Of a stretch of DNA of 64,000 bases, positions 50,428 to 62,430 are shown one piece after another (positions within the stretch are counted from its first letter, which is position 1; each line of letters opens with the position of its first letter). The stretch comes from Squalus acanthias. Its lineage: Eukaryota. A model generated the notes under the pieces. That model searched no databases and had not been told where the DNA came from. It worked only from the letters and a program-made list of their open reading frames with translations. Location: assembly GCA_030390025.1 (NCBI GenBank), contig CM059432.1, positions 144,028,001 through 144,092,000 on the forward strand. Reading direction: 5' to 3'. Both the position numbers and the translations under genes were made by a program.

Positions 50428-50640
50428 TGGCCAATATTTATCCCTCAACCAACATCACTGAAACAGATTAACTGGTCATTGTCATATTGCTGTTTGTGGG
50501 AGCTTGCTGTGCGCATATTTGGCTGCCGCGTTTCCCACATTACAACAGTGAGTACACTTCAAAAAGTACTTCATTGGCTGTAAAGCGCTTTAGTACGTCC
50601 TGAGGACGTGAAAGGCGCTATATAAATGCAAGTCTTTCTT
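50428..50640 (+). mobile_element. DeuSINE 3' half
   Basis: Matches 26908-27113. Confidence 0.8.
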
Positions 50641-51183
50641 TTTTCTAGTTGCCCCCTGGAGAAGGTGGTGGTGGGTCTGCTCCTTGATCCGCTGTAGTCC
50701 GTGTGGTGAAGGTGCTGCCACAGTGCTGTTGTGTCGGGGGTTCCAGGGGAAAATACGGCCCCTTAAATAGGGCCTTTAAAGCCTATCAAGTTAACGCCAT
50801 GAGCGTGCAATATTTCCATTGCGCCCGAATTTGAGCTTTTTTTGGCAGCAGCCAAGTCCGCTTTAAGCCAAGCTTCTGCTGTCACTGGAGTGCGTTTGCC
50901 GGCTGGTGCCTTGTAGGCAAGTGACAGCCCGTTGTACTTGTATCTGCTGGCCGTCTTGTCCGTGTGTAATCTAGTTGCCGATTGACACAGTCATTTCATC
51001 AGCAGCATCGCAGGCTGGGCTGAGTGCTAATCTCTGCCCCCCCCCAATCAGGATGTGACTGACACTCTGTTCAAGTGTACACCGGCCGTATTGTCAGCCC
51101 ATTGTCCTCCTGTGTCTCTGGGTCAGAGGTCAAAGGTGGTGCAACAAATTCTCCCTAATTTGAATATCGCAGCATTGTTCAAA

Positions 51184-51927
51184 TCTTCTTCTTCTTCTGA
51201 GGCAGTCCCTCGGAACCGAGGATGACTTGCTTCCACATTAAAAATGAGTTCTCAGGTGACTGGTGAGTCCAATGCGGGACCTACAGTCTGTGTCACAGGT
51301 GGGGCAGACGGTGGTTGAAGGGGCGGGTGGGTGGGGTGCTTGGGTTGACGTGCGCTCCTTGCGCTGCCTGCGCTTGGCTTCCGCTTGCTCCCGGTGAAGA
51401 GACTCGAGGTATTCGGCGCCTTCCCGGATGCTTCTCCTCCACTTTGTGCGGTCTTGGGCCAGGGATTCCCAGGTGTCAGTGGGGATGTTACACTTTTTTA
51501 AGGAGGCTTTGAGGGTGTCCTTGAAGCGTTTCCTCTGCCCACCTGGGGCTCTCTTGCCGTGCCGGAGCTCCGAGTAGAGCGCTTGTTTTGGGAGTCTCGT
51601 ATCGGGCATGCAGACAATGTGACCCGTCCATCGGAGCTGATCGAGCGTGGTCAAAGCTTCGATGCTGGGGATGTTGGCCTGAGCAAGAACACTGACGTTG
51701 GTGCGCCTATCCTGCCAATGGATTTGCAGGATCTTGCGGAGGCAGCGTTGGTGGTACCTCTCCAGTGCTTTGAGGTGCCTGCTGTACATGGTCCATGTCT
51801 CTGAGGCATACAGCAGGGCGGGTATCACTGCTGCTCTGTAGACCATGAGCTTGGTGCTGAGTTTGAGGTCCTGGTCTTCAAACACTCTCTTCCTCAGGCG
51901 ACCGAAGGCTGCACTGGCACACTGAAG
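51184..51927 (-). mobile_element. Young RTE-clade LINE 3' portion with intact C-terminal ORF
   Basis: ORF 51238-51885: TKLMVYRAAVIPALLYASETW...QLRWTGHI..MPDTRLPK...GGQRKRFKD...CPTC.....RIGLTSHLRTH (C2H2); (GAA)n tail. Confidence 0.92.
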
Positions 51928-52349
51928 ACTGATTCAAATAATCATCTAAAGAGAGGACAACAGGCTGAGATTTCTTACAATTATTGTCCACGTACATCAC
52001 ACGTATAAAAGGGAACTTCAAAAGTTTCATCTTCCTGACCCACCAATATTGTTCTGTGAAGTGACCAATGAACTTCCAGCTGCTCTTTTAACCCCCTTCA
52101 CATCCAATGCTCCTTCACCGGCCCAATGTTTCCACATCGGTGCAGGAAAGTGAGAACACCCTCTGGTTGCCCTGAGATACCGTCCAGCCCAGGTGTGAGC
52201 AGGCAGACCATAATAGAGGCGATAACAGGTGCATGAAACAAGCGATTGCAGGCAGTGTGGGCTCTCATTGGGGTCCATTTGTGGAAGGGAACGAACACTT
52301 GCAGGTGAAGGTTTGGGGAGTAAAGGACCTGCTGCACCCCACGGGCATT

Positions 52350-52980
52350 ACAACAAGAAGAACAACTTGCATTAATATAGCACCTTCAACGCAGTAAAAT
52401 GTCCCAAGGCGCTTCACAGGAGCGATTATCAAACAAAGTTTTCACACCGAGCCACATAAGGAGATATTAGGACAGGTGACCAAAAGCTTGGTCAAAGAGG
52501 TAGGTTATAAGGAGCGTCTTAAAGGGGGAGAGAGAGGTAGAGAGAAGGGGAGGCTTAGGGAGGGAATTCCAGAGCTTTAAGGCCCAGGCAGCTGAAGGCA
52601 CGGCCACCAATGTTGGACTGATTGAAATCGGGGACACGCAAGAGACAGAGTTGGAGGAGCACAGATATCTCGGAGGGTTGTAGAGCTGGAGGTGGTTACA
52701 GAGGTAGGAAGGGGCGAGGCCATGGAGGGATTTAAACATAAGGATGAGAATTTTAAATTCGAGGCGTTGCCAGACCGGGAGCCAATGTAGGTCAGCGAGC
52801 ACAGGGGGTGATGGGTGAACGGGACTTGGTGCGAGTTAGGATACGGGGCAGCAGAATTTTGGGAGGTGGTAACAAAGGCACGAATGAGGGTTTCAGCAGC
52901 GGATGAGCTGAGGCAGGAGTGGAGTCGGGCGATGTTACGGAGGTGGAAATAGGCGGTCTTGGTGAGGGAGAGGATATGTG
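52350..52980 (-). mobile_element. L2 3' end
   Basis: LADLHWLPVWQRLEFKILIL.FKSLHGLAPSYL in ORF 52467-52802. Confidence 0.87.
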
Positions 52981-54092
52981 TGGACTGATGTAAGAAAACT
53001 ACTAGGCACTTGGTCTAAGCGTTAAACAAAGCTTTAAGCAACTGTTTTACAACATGGAGGTCTAGTTGTGTCCTTCACTAGTTCCTGTTAAGAATGTCCT
53101 GAGCAAGCTGGGCCCGTGCCCGAGTATTTATACTCTCCCTGGACAGCGCCACCCGCAGGCCACTCAGTATTATTTCATAAGTCTTTCTTTCATGAATGAC
53201 AAGATTCATGTCATGGACTTTTGGAGCACTTCAACTCGGTGAGGGGAAGTAGAGAAGCTGCTTAGTACAGACCATCCTTGGAAGGTGTGGCTGGCTCCTT
53301 TTTGCCTTGCCTGACCTGGTAAATTCATTAAACGCCTGGCAGCACTGAGTTGCCATTGGTGGGGTCAGGGAGTTGACATTTGGTAATCTGGACATCTCCT
53401 TCCACCGGGGCTGGTCACTACCATTGGATGGCCTTCTCCTCTCTCTGCGTCAAACATCGCTCCCCCATCCCAGCTTTATTCTGGCCAGCAGCACTTCCAA
53501 CGGAACCTCGGAAAACTTTGTGTCCTGCAGGAGATCTGTGAGACATGCACTGTGTGATACTGTAAGATGGGCAATAGCGAGTCGGCAGCCCCTTTTACAT
53601 CGCTTCTCATTTTTATTTCCATTGACTTCAAAGGTATCATAGGGAAATTAAACTGTAGGGGTGTACGAGTGGTGCTAGTGATAAGTAACTCAGCCCAGGT
53701 TAAACAGCCGCACTCACTCACTCACTCACCCTGCGTAGGTGAGATATTAAACTAGACTCTTGTATCCTCCTATAAGGTGGGGGCACTGTGCGTGTCATCT
53801 GCAATTCACACATGAAAGACCTCAATCTGCTTTGATGAGCAGAGAACATCCTGCTTAAAATTCAAAGTAATTCTTCTTGAAACAGGCTTAAGATGAGCTT
53901 CCCTCTAACGAGGTGAAGTCTGGTCGTGTTCCCACCTTTATAGCGTGTTAATGCTGACAGATTGTTTGTTTTTTCCCTGGTGGAGTCAGACTGTTCGGAA
54001 TCTGAAGATGTCTGTGCACGTGAGGGGGGTAACGAAGGTTAACAGGCCAGATTGCACTCTGTATGTGTCCTGCAACTTTGTGCAACAATGGC

Positions 54093-57000
54093 ATGGGACG
54101 GGGGGCAGAGTGGGAGATGGGGGGCAGAGTGGGGGACGGGGGCAGAGTGGGGGATGGGGGCCAGAGTGGGGGACGGGGACAGAGTGGGGGATGGGGACAG
54201 AGTGGGGGATGGGGGCCAGAGTGGGGGACGGGGACAGAGTGGGGGATGGGGGTGCAGAGCGGGGGACGGGGGGCAGAGTGGGGGATGGGGACAGAGTGGG
54301 GGATGGGGGTGCTGAGTGGGGGATGGGGGGGCAGAGTGGGGGACGGGGGGCAGAGTGGGGGACGGGGGGCAGAGTGGGGGATGGGGGGCAGAGTGGGGGA
54401 CGGGGGGCAGAGCGGGGGATGGGGGACAGAGTGGGGGATGGGGACAGTGTGGGAGATGGGGGGCAGAGTGGGGGACGGGGGGCAGAGTGGGAGATGGGGG
54501 GCAGAGTGGGGGACGGGGGCAGAGTGGGGGATGGGGACAGAGTGGGGGATGGGGGTGCAGAGCGGGGGACGGGGGGCAGAGTGGGGGACGGGGGGCAGAG
54601 TGGGGGATGGGGACAGAGTGGGGGATGGGGGTGCAGAGCGGGGGACGGGGGGCAGAGTGGGGGACGGGGGGCAGAGTGGGGGATGGGGACAGAGTGGGGG
54701 ATGGGGTGCTGAGTGGGGGATGGGGGGGCAGAGTGGGGGACGGGGGGCAGAGTGGGGGACGGAGGGCAGAGTGGGGGACGGGGGGCAGAGCGGGGGACGG
54801 AGGGCAGAGTGGGGGACGGGGGGCAGAGTGGGGGACGGGGACAGAGTGGGGGATGGGGGTGCAGAGCGGGGGACGGGGGGCAGAGTGGGGACAGAGTGGG
54901 GGATGGGGGTGCTGAGTGGGGGATGGGGGGGCAGAGTGGGGGACGGGGGGCAGAGTGGTGGACGGGGGGCAGAGTGGGGGATGGGGGGCAGAGTGGGGGA
55001 CGGGGGGCAGAGCGGGGGATGGGGGACAGAGTGGGGGATGGGGACAGTGTGGGAGATGGGGGGCAGAGTGGGGGACGGGGGGCAGAGTGGGAGATGGGGG
55101 GCAGAGTGGGGGACGGGGGCAGAGTGGGGGATGGGGACAGAGTGGGGGATGGGGGTGCAGAGCGGGGGACGGGGGGCAGAGTGGGGGACGGGGGGCAGAG
55201 TGGGGGACTGGGGACAGAGTGGGGGATGGGGGTGCAGAGCGGGGGACGGGGGGCAGAGTGGGGGACGGGGGGCAGAGTGGGGGATGGGGACAGAGTGGGG
55301 GATGGGGGTGCTGAGTGGGGGATGGGGGGGCAGAGTGGGGGACGGGGGGCAGAGTGGGGGACGGGGGGCAGAGTGGGGGATGGGGGGCAGCGTGGGGGAC
55401 GGGGGGCAGAGCGGGGGATGGGGACAGTGTGGGGGACGGGGGACAGAGTGGGGGATGGGGGGCAGAGTGGGGGATGGGGACAGTGTGGGGGATGGGGACA
55501 GTGTGGGGGATGGGGACAGTGTGGGGGACGGGGGGCAGAGTGGGGGATGGGGGGCAGAGTGGGGGACGGGGCAGAGTGGGGGACGTGGGCAGAGTGGGGG
55601 CGGGGGACAGTGTGGGGGATGGGGACAGTGTGGGGGATGGGGACAGTGTGGGGGACGGGGGGCAGAGTGGGGGATGGGGACAGTGTGGGGGACGGGGGGC
55701 AGAGTGGGGGACGGGGGCAGAGTGGGGGACGGGGACAGTGTGGGGGATGGGGACAGAGTGGGGGATGGGGGGCAGAGTGGGGGATGGGGGGCAGAGTGGG
55801 GGATGGGGACAGTGTGGGGGATGGGGACAGTGTGGGGGATGGGGGACAGAGTGGGGGATGGGGGGCAGAGTGGGGGATGGGGACAGTGTGGGGGATGGGG
55901 ACAGTGTGGGGGATGGGGACAGTGTGGGGGACGAGGGGCAGAGTGGGGGATGGGGGGCAGAGTGGGGGACGGGGCAGATTGGGGGACGGGGGCAGAGTGG
56001 GGGCGGGGGACAGTGTGGGGGATGGGGACAGTGTGGGGGATGGGGACAGAGTGGGGGACGGGGGGCAGAGTGGGGGACGGGGGCAGAGTGGGGGACGGGG
56101 ACAGTGTGGGGGACGGGGACAGAGTGGGGATGGGGGGCAGAGTGGGGGATGGGGACAGTGTGGGGGATGGGGGGCAGAGTGGGGGACGGGGGCAGAGTGG
56201 GGGACGGGGACAGTGTGGGGGACGGGGACAGAGTGGGGGATGGGGGGCAGAGTGGGGGATGGGGGGCAGAGTGGGGGATGGGGACAGTGTGGGGGATGGG
56301 GACAGAGTGGGGGATGGGGGGCAGAGTGGGGGACGGGGGCAGTTGGGGGATGGGGGGCAGAGTGGGGGATGGGGACAGAGTGGGGGATGGGGACAGTGTG
56401 GGGGATGGGGACAGAGTGGGGGATGGGGGGCAGAGTGGGGGACGGGGGCAGTTGGGGGATGGGGGGCAGAGTGGGGGACGGGGGCAGAGTGGGGGCGGGG
56501 GACAGTGTGGGGGATGGGGGGCAGAGCGGGGGATGGGGACAGTGTGGGGGACGGGGGACAGAGTGGGGGATGGGGACAGTACGGGGGACGGGGGGCAGAG
56601 TGGGGATGGGGGCAGTACGGGGGACGGGGGGCAGAGTGGGGGATGGGGGACAGAGTGGGGGATGGGGGGGCAGAGTGGGGGATGGGGGGGCAGAGTGGGG
56701 GATGGGGACAGTGTGAGGGATGGGGACAGAGTGGGGGATGGGGAGCAGAGTGGGGGACGGGGGCAGAGTGGGGGATGGGGGCAGAGTGGGGGATGGGGAC
56801 AGAGTGGGGGATGGGGGGCAGAGTGGGGGATGGGGACAGAGTGGGGGATGGGGGGCAGAGTGGGGGATGGGGACAGAGTGGGGGATGGGGGACAGAGTGG
56901 GGGACGGGGACAGAGTGGGGGATGGGGGACAGAGTGGGGGACGGGGACAGTGTGGTGGACGGGCGGCAGAGTGGGGGATGGGGACAGTACGGGGGACGGG

Positions 57001-57375
57001 GGGCAGAGTGGGGGATGGGGGGCAGTACGGGGGACAGGGGGCAGAGTGGGGGATGGGGGACAGAGTGGGGGACGTGGGGCAGTGTGGGGGGCGGGGGGCA
57101 GTGTGGGGGACGGGGGGCAGTGTGGGGGACAGGGGGCAGAGTGGGGGATGGGGGACAGAGTGGGGGACGTGGGACAGTGTGGGGGACGGGGGGCAGTGTG
57201 GGGGATGGGGGCAGTGTGGGGGACGTGGGGCAGTGTGGGGGACGGGGGGCAGTGTGGGGGACGGGGGGCAGTGTGGGGGATGGGGGCAGTGTGGGGGACG
57301 TGGGGCAGTGTGGGGGACGGGGGGCAGTGTGGGGGACGGGGGGCAGTGTGGGGGACGGGGGGCACTGTGGGGGGC
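54093..57375 (+). repeat. ~3.3-kb G-rich minisatellite, 19-21-bp units
   Basis: Unit gggg(g)RcagWgtgggggaYg. Confidence 0.97.
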
Positions 57376-58253
57376 AGTATTTATGTGACAACGGACCGAC
57401 CGCCATTGAAATCTTTGTCCTTTTAGTTGATGCGTTAACCGGCAGCCTGAGCTCTCACAAGACACGGTACATTAGCTCTGAGTGCTGCCAGGACACACAA
57501 GTATTTGAACATAATCTGTTTTTCTCCCGGCACCAGTCAATGTGCTCTACACACCGACTTCCGACAAGAACGCTTGACTTGTCTGCTCCATGTTAATAAA
57601 TTCCAACATTTGAAAAGTACACACTGGATATCTGAGCGTGTTTAGCTGGCTAACTTGTAGGAGCAATCTGTTCAAACCCTGGGGAACATTGATAGGAATT
57701 GGTCACAATTGATATCTTTTAATTAAATGTCATTTTGTTTATATAGAGAAATAGCAGTGGGAATAAAGTGGAGGTACAGTCAACTCGTGGTTATGTTACT
57801 GGACTAACAGCCCAGCAGTCCAATCTCACCATGGAACATTGTGCAATTGAATCCAATCAATCTGGTCATTTGTGGATTGGCATCGGGAATAAAATGACCA
57901 TAAAAAGCTGTTGCGTTGTGGGAAAAACCCAACTGGTCCACTATTGTCCTTCAGGGCCGGGAATCTGCCATCCTTACCCGGTCTGGCCGAGGAACATAGG
58001 AACAGGAGGAGGCCATTCAGCCCCTCGAACCTGCTCCACTATTCAATTTCCAATTGCCAATTGGCACCATGGTTAGGGGCAGTGTCTGTTGAGAGCTCAT
58101 TCCCACCAAATTCCTGGTCTGTTCTCCCGGTGAGCAGGTCCCTGAATTAATACATTTACCTGACGCATTACAGCTGTAGGATATTTTGAATGAACCGTTT
58201 GATTCATTTTGTAGTCTAGCTTAATTTAAGGGTTGGAGAGAAAGCCACCATTT

Positions 58254-59011
58254 GAACATAAGAACATAAGAAATAGGAGCAGGAGTCGGCCATTCGGCCC
58301 TTCGAGCCTGCTCCGCTATTCAATAAGATCATGGCTGATCTTCTACCTCATCTCCACTTTCCTGCCCGATCCCCATATCCCTTATTATCCAAAAATCTAT
58401 CGATCTCTGTCTTGAATATACTCAACGACTGAGCATCCACAGCCTTTTGAGGTAGAGAATTCCAAAGATTCACAACCCTTTGAGTGAAGAAATTTCACCT
58501 CATCTCAGTCCTAAATGGCCGGCCCCTTATTCTGAGATTATGACCTCTAGTTCTAGATTCCCCAGCCAGGGGAAACATCCTCCCAGCATCTACCCTGTCA
58601 AGCCCCTTAAGAATTTTATAGGGAATATAGGCCTAGTCTACTCAATCTCTCCTCAGAGGACAATCGCCCCATCCAGGAATCAGTCTGGTGAACCTTCGTT
58701 GCACTCCCTCTAAGGAAAGTATATCCTTCAATAGGTACGGAGACCAAAACTGTACACAATACTCCAGGTGTGGTCTCACCAGGGCCCTATATAATTGCAG
58801 TAAGACATCTTTACTCTTGTACTCCAATCCTTTTCTAATAAAGGCCAACATACCATTTACTTTCCTAATTGCTTGCTGTGCCTGCACGTTAACTTTCAGT
58901 GATTCGTCTACAAGAACACCCAGGTCCCTCTGAACACCAACATTTCCCAATCTCTCACCATTTAAAAAATACTCTGCTTTTCTATTTTTCCTACCAAAGT
59001 GGATAACTTCA
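58254..59011 (-). mobile_element. CR1 3' portion
   Basis: Tail gaacataagaacataagaaatagg; ORF 58642-59034 RDLGVLV...RPHLEYCVQFWSP; internal deletion relative to 940-1740. Confidence 0.88.
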
Positions 59012-59234
59012 CATGTTGTTTGAACAGTACACATGTTGTTTGCTCTCTGGATGTGGGCAGTACTGGCAAGGCCGGCATTAATTGCCCAGCCCTAGTTGCC
59101 CTGAGAAGCCGAGAGCTGGACCTTCTTATTTCATAACAATTTTATACAACTGAGTGGCTTGCAACAACACCTCAAAGGGATTTAAGGTCAACCATGTCAT
59201 GTGGGACTGACGTCACAAGTAGGCTTTTAATTTG

Positions 59235-59526
59235 ATAGCAAAATACTGCGGATGCTGGAAATCCAAAATAACAACAGAAAACGCTGGAAATACTCAGCAG
59301 GCCAGGCAGCATCCGTAGAGAGAGAAACAGAGTTAAAGTTTCAGGTCGAAGACCTTTCGTCAGAACTGGAAAAAAGCAGGAAATGAAATAGATTTAAAGC
59401 AAGGATAAAGCTGGGAAAAGGGGGAGGGGATGAAAGAACAAAAGGAGAGATTAAGAGACATTGAGAGACATTAAGAGATAATCAAGGCAAGAGGAGGTGT
59501 TAATGTGACAGGTTGAGGCTAAATGA
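59235..59526 (-). mobile_element. Penelope-like family B pLTR fragment
   Basis: 14-bp TSD aggcttttaatttg at 59221-59234 and 59527-59540; contains a hammerhead motif. Confidence 0.75.
59331..59367 (-). ncRNA. Minimal type-I hammerhead ribozyme motif (PLE family B), helix III palindrome mutated
   Basis: Minus strand: AGTT CTGACGA A AGGTC ttc GACCT GAAA CT TT AACT. Confidence 0.65.
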
Positions 59527-59540
59527 AGGCTTTTAATTTG

Positions 59541-59675
59541 TTGGGTGAGGGTATCAAGGGATATGGAGCTAAGGCGGGCAAATGGAGTTGAGGTACAGAT
59601 CAGCCATGATCTTATTGAATGGCTCGAGGGGCCGAATGGCCGACTCCTGCTCCTATTTTTTATGTTCTTATGTTC
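59541..59675 (+). mobile_element. CR1 3' tail fragment
   Basis: gatcagccatgatcttattgaatgg...tatgttcttatgttc. Confidence 0.8.
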
Positions 59676-60654
59676 AAATGGTGGCTTTCTCTCGTACTCT
59701 TAAATTCAATTAGACTACAAAATGAATCAAATGTTTTGTTCAAAATATCCTACAGCTGTAATGCGTCAGGTCAATGTATTAATTCAGGGTCCTGCTCACC
59801 GGGAGATTTGGTGGGGATGAGCTCTCAGCCCCTAACCATGGTGCCAATTGGCAATTGCACTTCAAGAGCGCATAGCGGCTGGGGTGAGAAATGGTTGGTT
59901 GCCTAGGGGAATGTCTTGTAAAGGTTAGGAGCTGAGGCGGAGCAAAGAGAACTCCTTCTCAGTGAACAAACACCATGTCTGCAGAATTCCAGAGATAAGG
60001 AATTAAAAATAATCTGCCCCAGCTCTTCACTGGAGAGCTATATTGAGGCGTGTCTCTCTCGGAATTCTGCTAACTGGGAGGGTCTCCCACTCCATCAGCG
60101 GAGAGGCTGACGATTGGTGAACCGAAATCTTTCATGATCCTTCTGTAAGGCCGGGCTGTGATAATTCAGCGGCTGCTGTTAAAGAGGGATGAGATCCCCA
60201 AATCACCGTGTCCTGGGATCACGCGGCCTCTGTCTGCTCAGTGACCCATGGGATGTTGTTCTCACTAAACCCGCTCCTGCCCAAAGACAAGCAGATAAAG
60301 TGGCAGCGTTTGTGGGTCTGTTTGCAGCAGTCAGTCTCCGAGAGATGCAGTATCTTCTGTGTTGGATCACTTTAACCCTTCGATGACTCCGGAAGCCTGT
60401 TAGCAACTTTAACAGCAGCAGATACAGTCCCCCACCACCTATAACGGGCTATTTGCCTAATTACGCGACTGTATAAGAGCATTCCCTCCGTGTAAGCGAC
60501 CTTTTTCCCCAACAGTTTCCAGCTTCACTCTGACCTGCAGTTTTATTTAAACTGCTCAGTAAAAAAACTGTAACCCCACACCACTGAGAGGGGATTAAAA
60601 GGGTTTCAGTACACAAAAGATTATTGAACATTAACGAGGTATTATTTACTTAAT

Positions 60655-60940
60655 GTGAGAAGTCGCACAACACCAGGTTATAGTCCAACAGTTTTATTTG
60701 AAATCACAAGCTTTCGGAGCGCTGCTCCTTCGTCAGGTGAAGTGAAGAAATACATATGGGCACAGCATATATAGTCAGAGAACAATGCCAGACGACTACA
60801 GTTAATCTTTCTAACTGCCCTTTATCACACCTCGGCAGAGAGATAATCACGGCAATCAAAGGTGTGAATGGTGTCCAAACAGGTCAGTCAGGAAAACATT
60901 ACATCAAAGACAATGAGGTGGGGTCACAAGGGGTCAAATG
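60655..60940 (-). mobile_element. Penelope-like family A pLTR fragment
   Basis: Near-identical to 61354-61539 and to the reverse complement of 61540-61789; adjoined by a family B fragment at about 60944-61024. Confidence 0.78.
60704..60740 (-). ncRNA. Minimal type-I hammerhead ribozyme motif (PLE family A)
   Basis: Minus strand: TCAC CTGACGA A GGAGC agc GCTCC GAAA GC TT GTGA. Confidence 0.72.
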
Positions 60941-61402
60941 TGGCAGATGCTGGGGTCTGGATGGAAAACAAAAAACTTTTTTTGCTGGAAATCACAGCAG
61001 GTCCGGCCGCATCTGTGTAGAGAGTTTACTTAAGTTTGCTCTTGATTCAGCGCACCTTAATGAGGTGCGAACTAATGTGTAAGCACAGCTGTTTCCGCCC
61101 GAAATAAACAGAGCTCTGAAGACGCTGTAACCGGCAACTTGGACGTTAATGCAAATGGTCATCGCTTTTTGGCCGATGTAAGCGACTGCCGGTTTTAAAC
61201 GTGGCCCCGTTTGAGGGGCGGGGACTGTGACACAGGGCAGTTTGAGCAAGGGTTGCTTCGGAATGCAAGTGAACCCGTCGTGTGACAAACAGCCAGCTGA
61301 CTGACGGGAATAAAAGATGTGGAGATGCCGGCGTTGGACTGGGGTGGACAAAAGTGAGAAGTCGCACAACACCAGGTTATAGTCCAACAGCTTTATTTGA
61401 AA

Positions 61403-61440
61403 TCACAAGCTTTCGGAGCGGCTGCTCCTTCGTCAGGTGA
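61403..61440 (-). ncRNA. Minimal type-I hammerhead ribozyme motif
   Basis: Reverse complement of 61703-61740. Confidence 0.72.
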
Positions 61441-61702
61441 AGTGAAGAAATACAAATGGGCACAGCATAAATAGACAGAGAACAATGCCAGACGACTACA
61501 GTTAATCTTTCTAACTGCCCTTTATCACACCTCGGCAGATGTAATGACTTCCTGACTGACCTGGTTGGACACCATCCACACCTTTGATTGCCGTGATTGT
61601 CTCTCTGCCAAGGTGTGATAAAGGGCAGTTAGAAAGATTAACTGTAGTCGTCTGGCATTGTTCTCTGTCTATATATGCTGTGCCCATTTGTATTTCTTCA
61701 CT

Positions 61703-61740
61703 TCACCTGACGAAGGAGCAGCCGCTCCGAAAGCTTGTGA
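61703..61740 (+). ncRNA. Minimal type-I hammerhead ribozyme motif
   Basis: TCAC CTGACGA A GGAGC agcc GCTCC GAAA GC TT GTGA, followed by aataaa. Confidence 0.72.
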
Positions 61741-61939
61741 TTTCAAATAAAGCTGTTGGACTATAACCTGGTGTTGTGCGACTTCTCACTTTTGGGAATA
61801 AAAGAAGCCGAGGGTAAAATGACCGGGACTGCTTGGAGAATTCAAACTATGAGGACTGTACATTGAAAGCTTCACCATCCTCAGGTGTATTTTGGCACAT
61901 AGCCAAGGTGCGTGCAAAACAAGCGCTCAGAGTGTTAAA

Positions 61940-62430
61940 AGCCCTTGGAGAGGATGCAAAGGAGATTTACTAGAATGGTACCAGGGATGAGGGACTTTAC
62001 TTATGTGGAGAGACTGGAGAAGCCTGGGGTTGTCCTCCTTAGAGCAGAAGAGGTTAAGGGGAGATTTAATAGACGTGTTCAAAATCATGATAGAGTAAAT
62101 AAGGAGAAACTGTTTCCACTGGCAGGAGGGTCGGTAACCAGAGGACACAGATTTAAGATAATTGGCAAAAGAACCAGAGGGGAGATGAGGAGAATTTTGT
62201 TTTTTACGCAGCGAGTTGTTGTGATCTGGAATGCGCTGCCTGAAAGGGCAGTGGAAGCGGATTCAATAGTAACTTTCAAAAGGGAATTGGAGAAATACTG
62301 GAAAAGGAAAAAAAAGTTACAGGAGCATTGATAAAGAGCTGGGGGGAGTGAGAGTAATTGGAGAGCTCTTTCAAAGAGCCGGCACAGGCACGATGGGCCG
62401 AATGGCCTCCTTCTGTGCTATATGATTCTG
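61940..62430 (+). mobile_element. CR1 3' fragment
   Basis: ERMQRRFTRMVPGMR...TRGHRFKI...FFTQRVVVIWNALPERAVEA. Confidence 0.87.

Larger units (their letters stand above)
61318..61793. mobile_element. Penelope-like family A insertion made of two inverted pLTR pieces
   Basis: 12-bp TSD gggaataaaaga at 61306-61317 and 61794-61805; arm 61350-61539 is the reverse complement of 61604-61793. Confidence 0.82.

Noticed and set aside
53948..57596. >1100-aa Pro/Cys-rich and Gly/Trp-rich ORFs (keratin-associated/extensin-like look)
   Set aside because: G-rich VNTR open on both strands and in multiple frames, with frequent unit-length changes.
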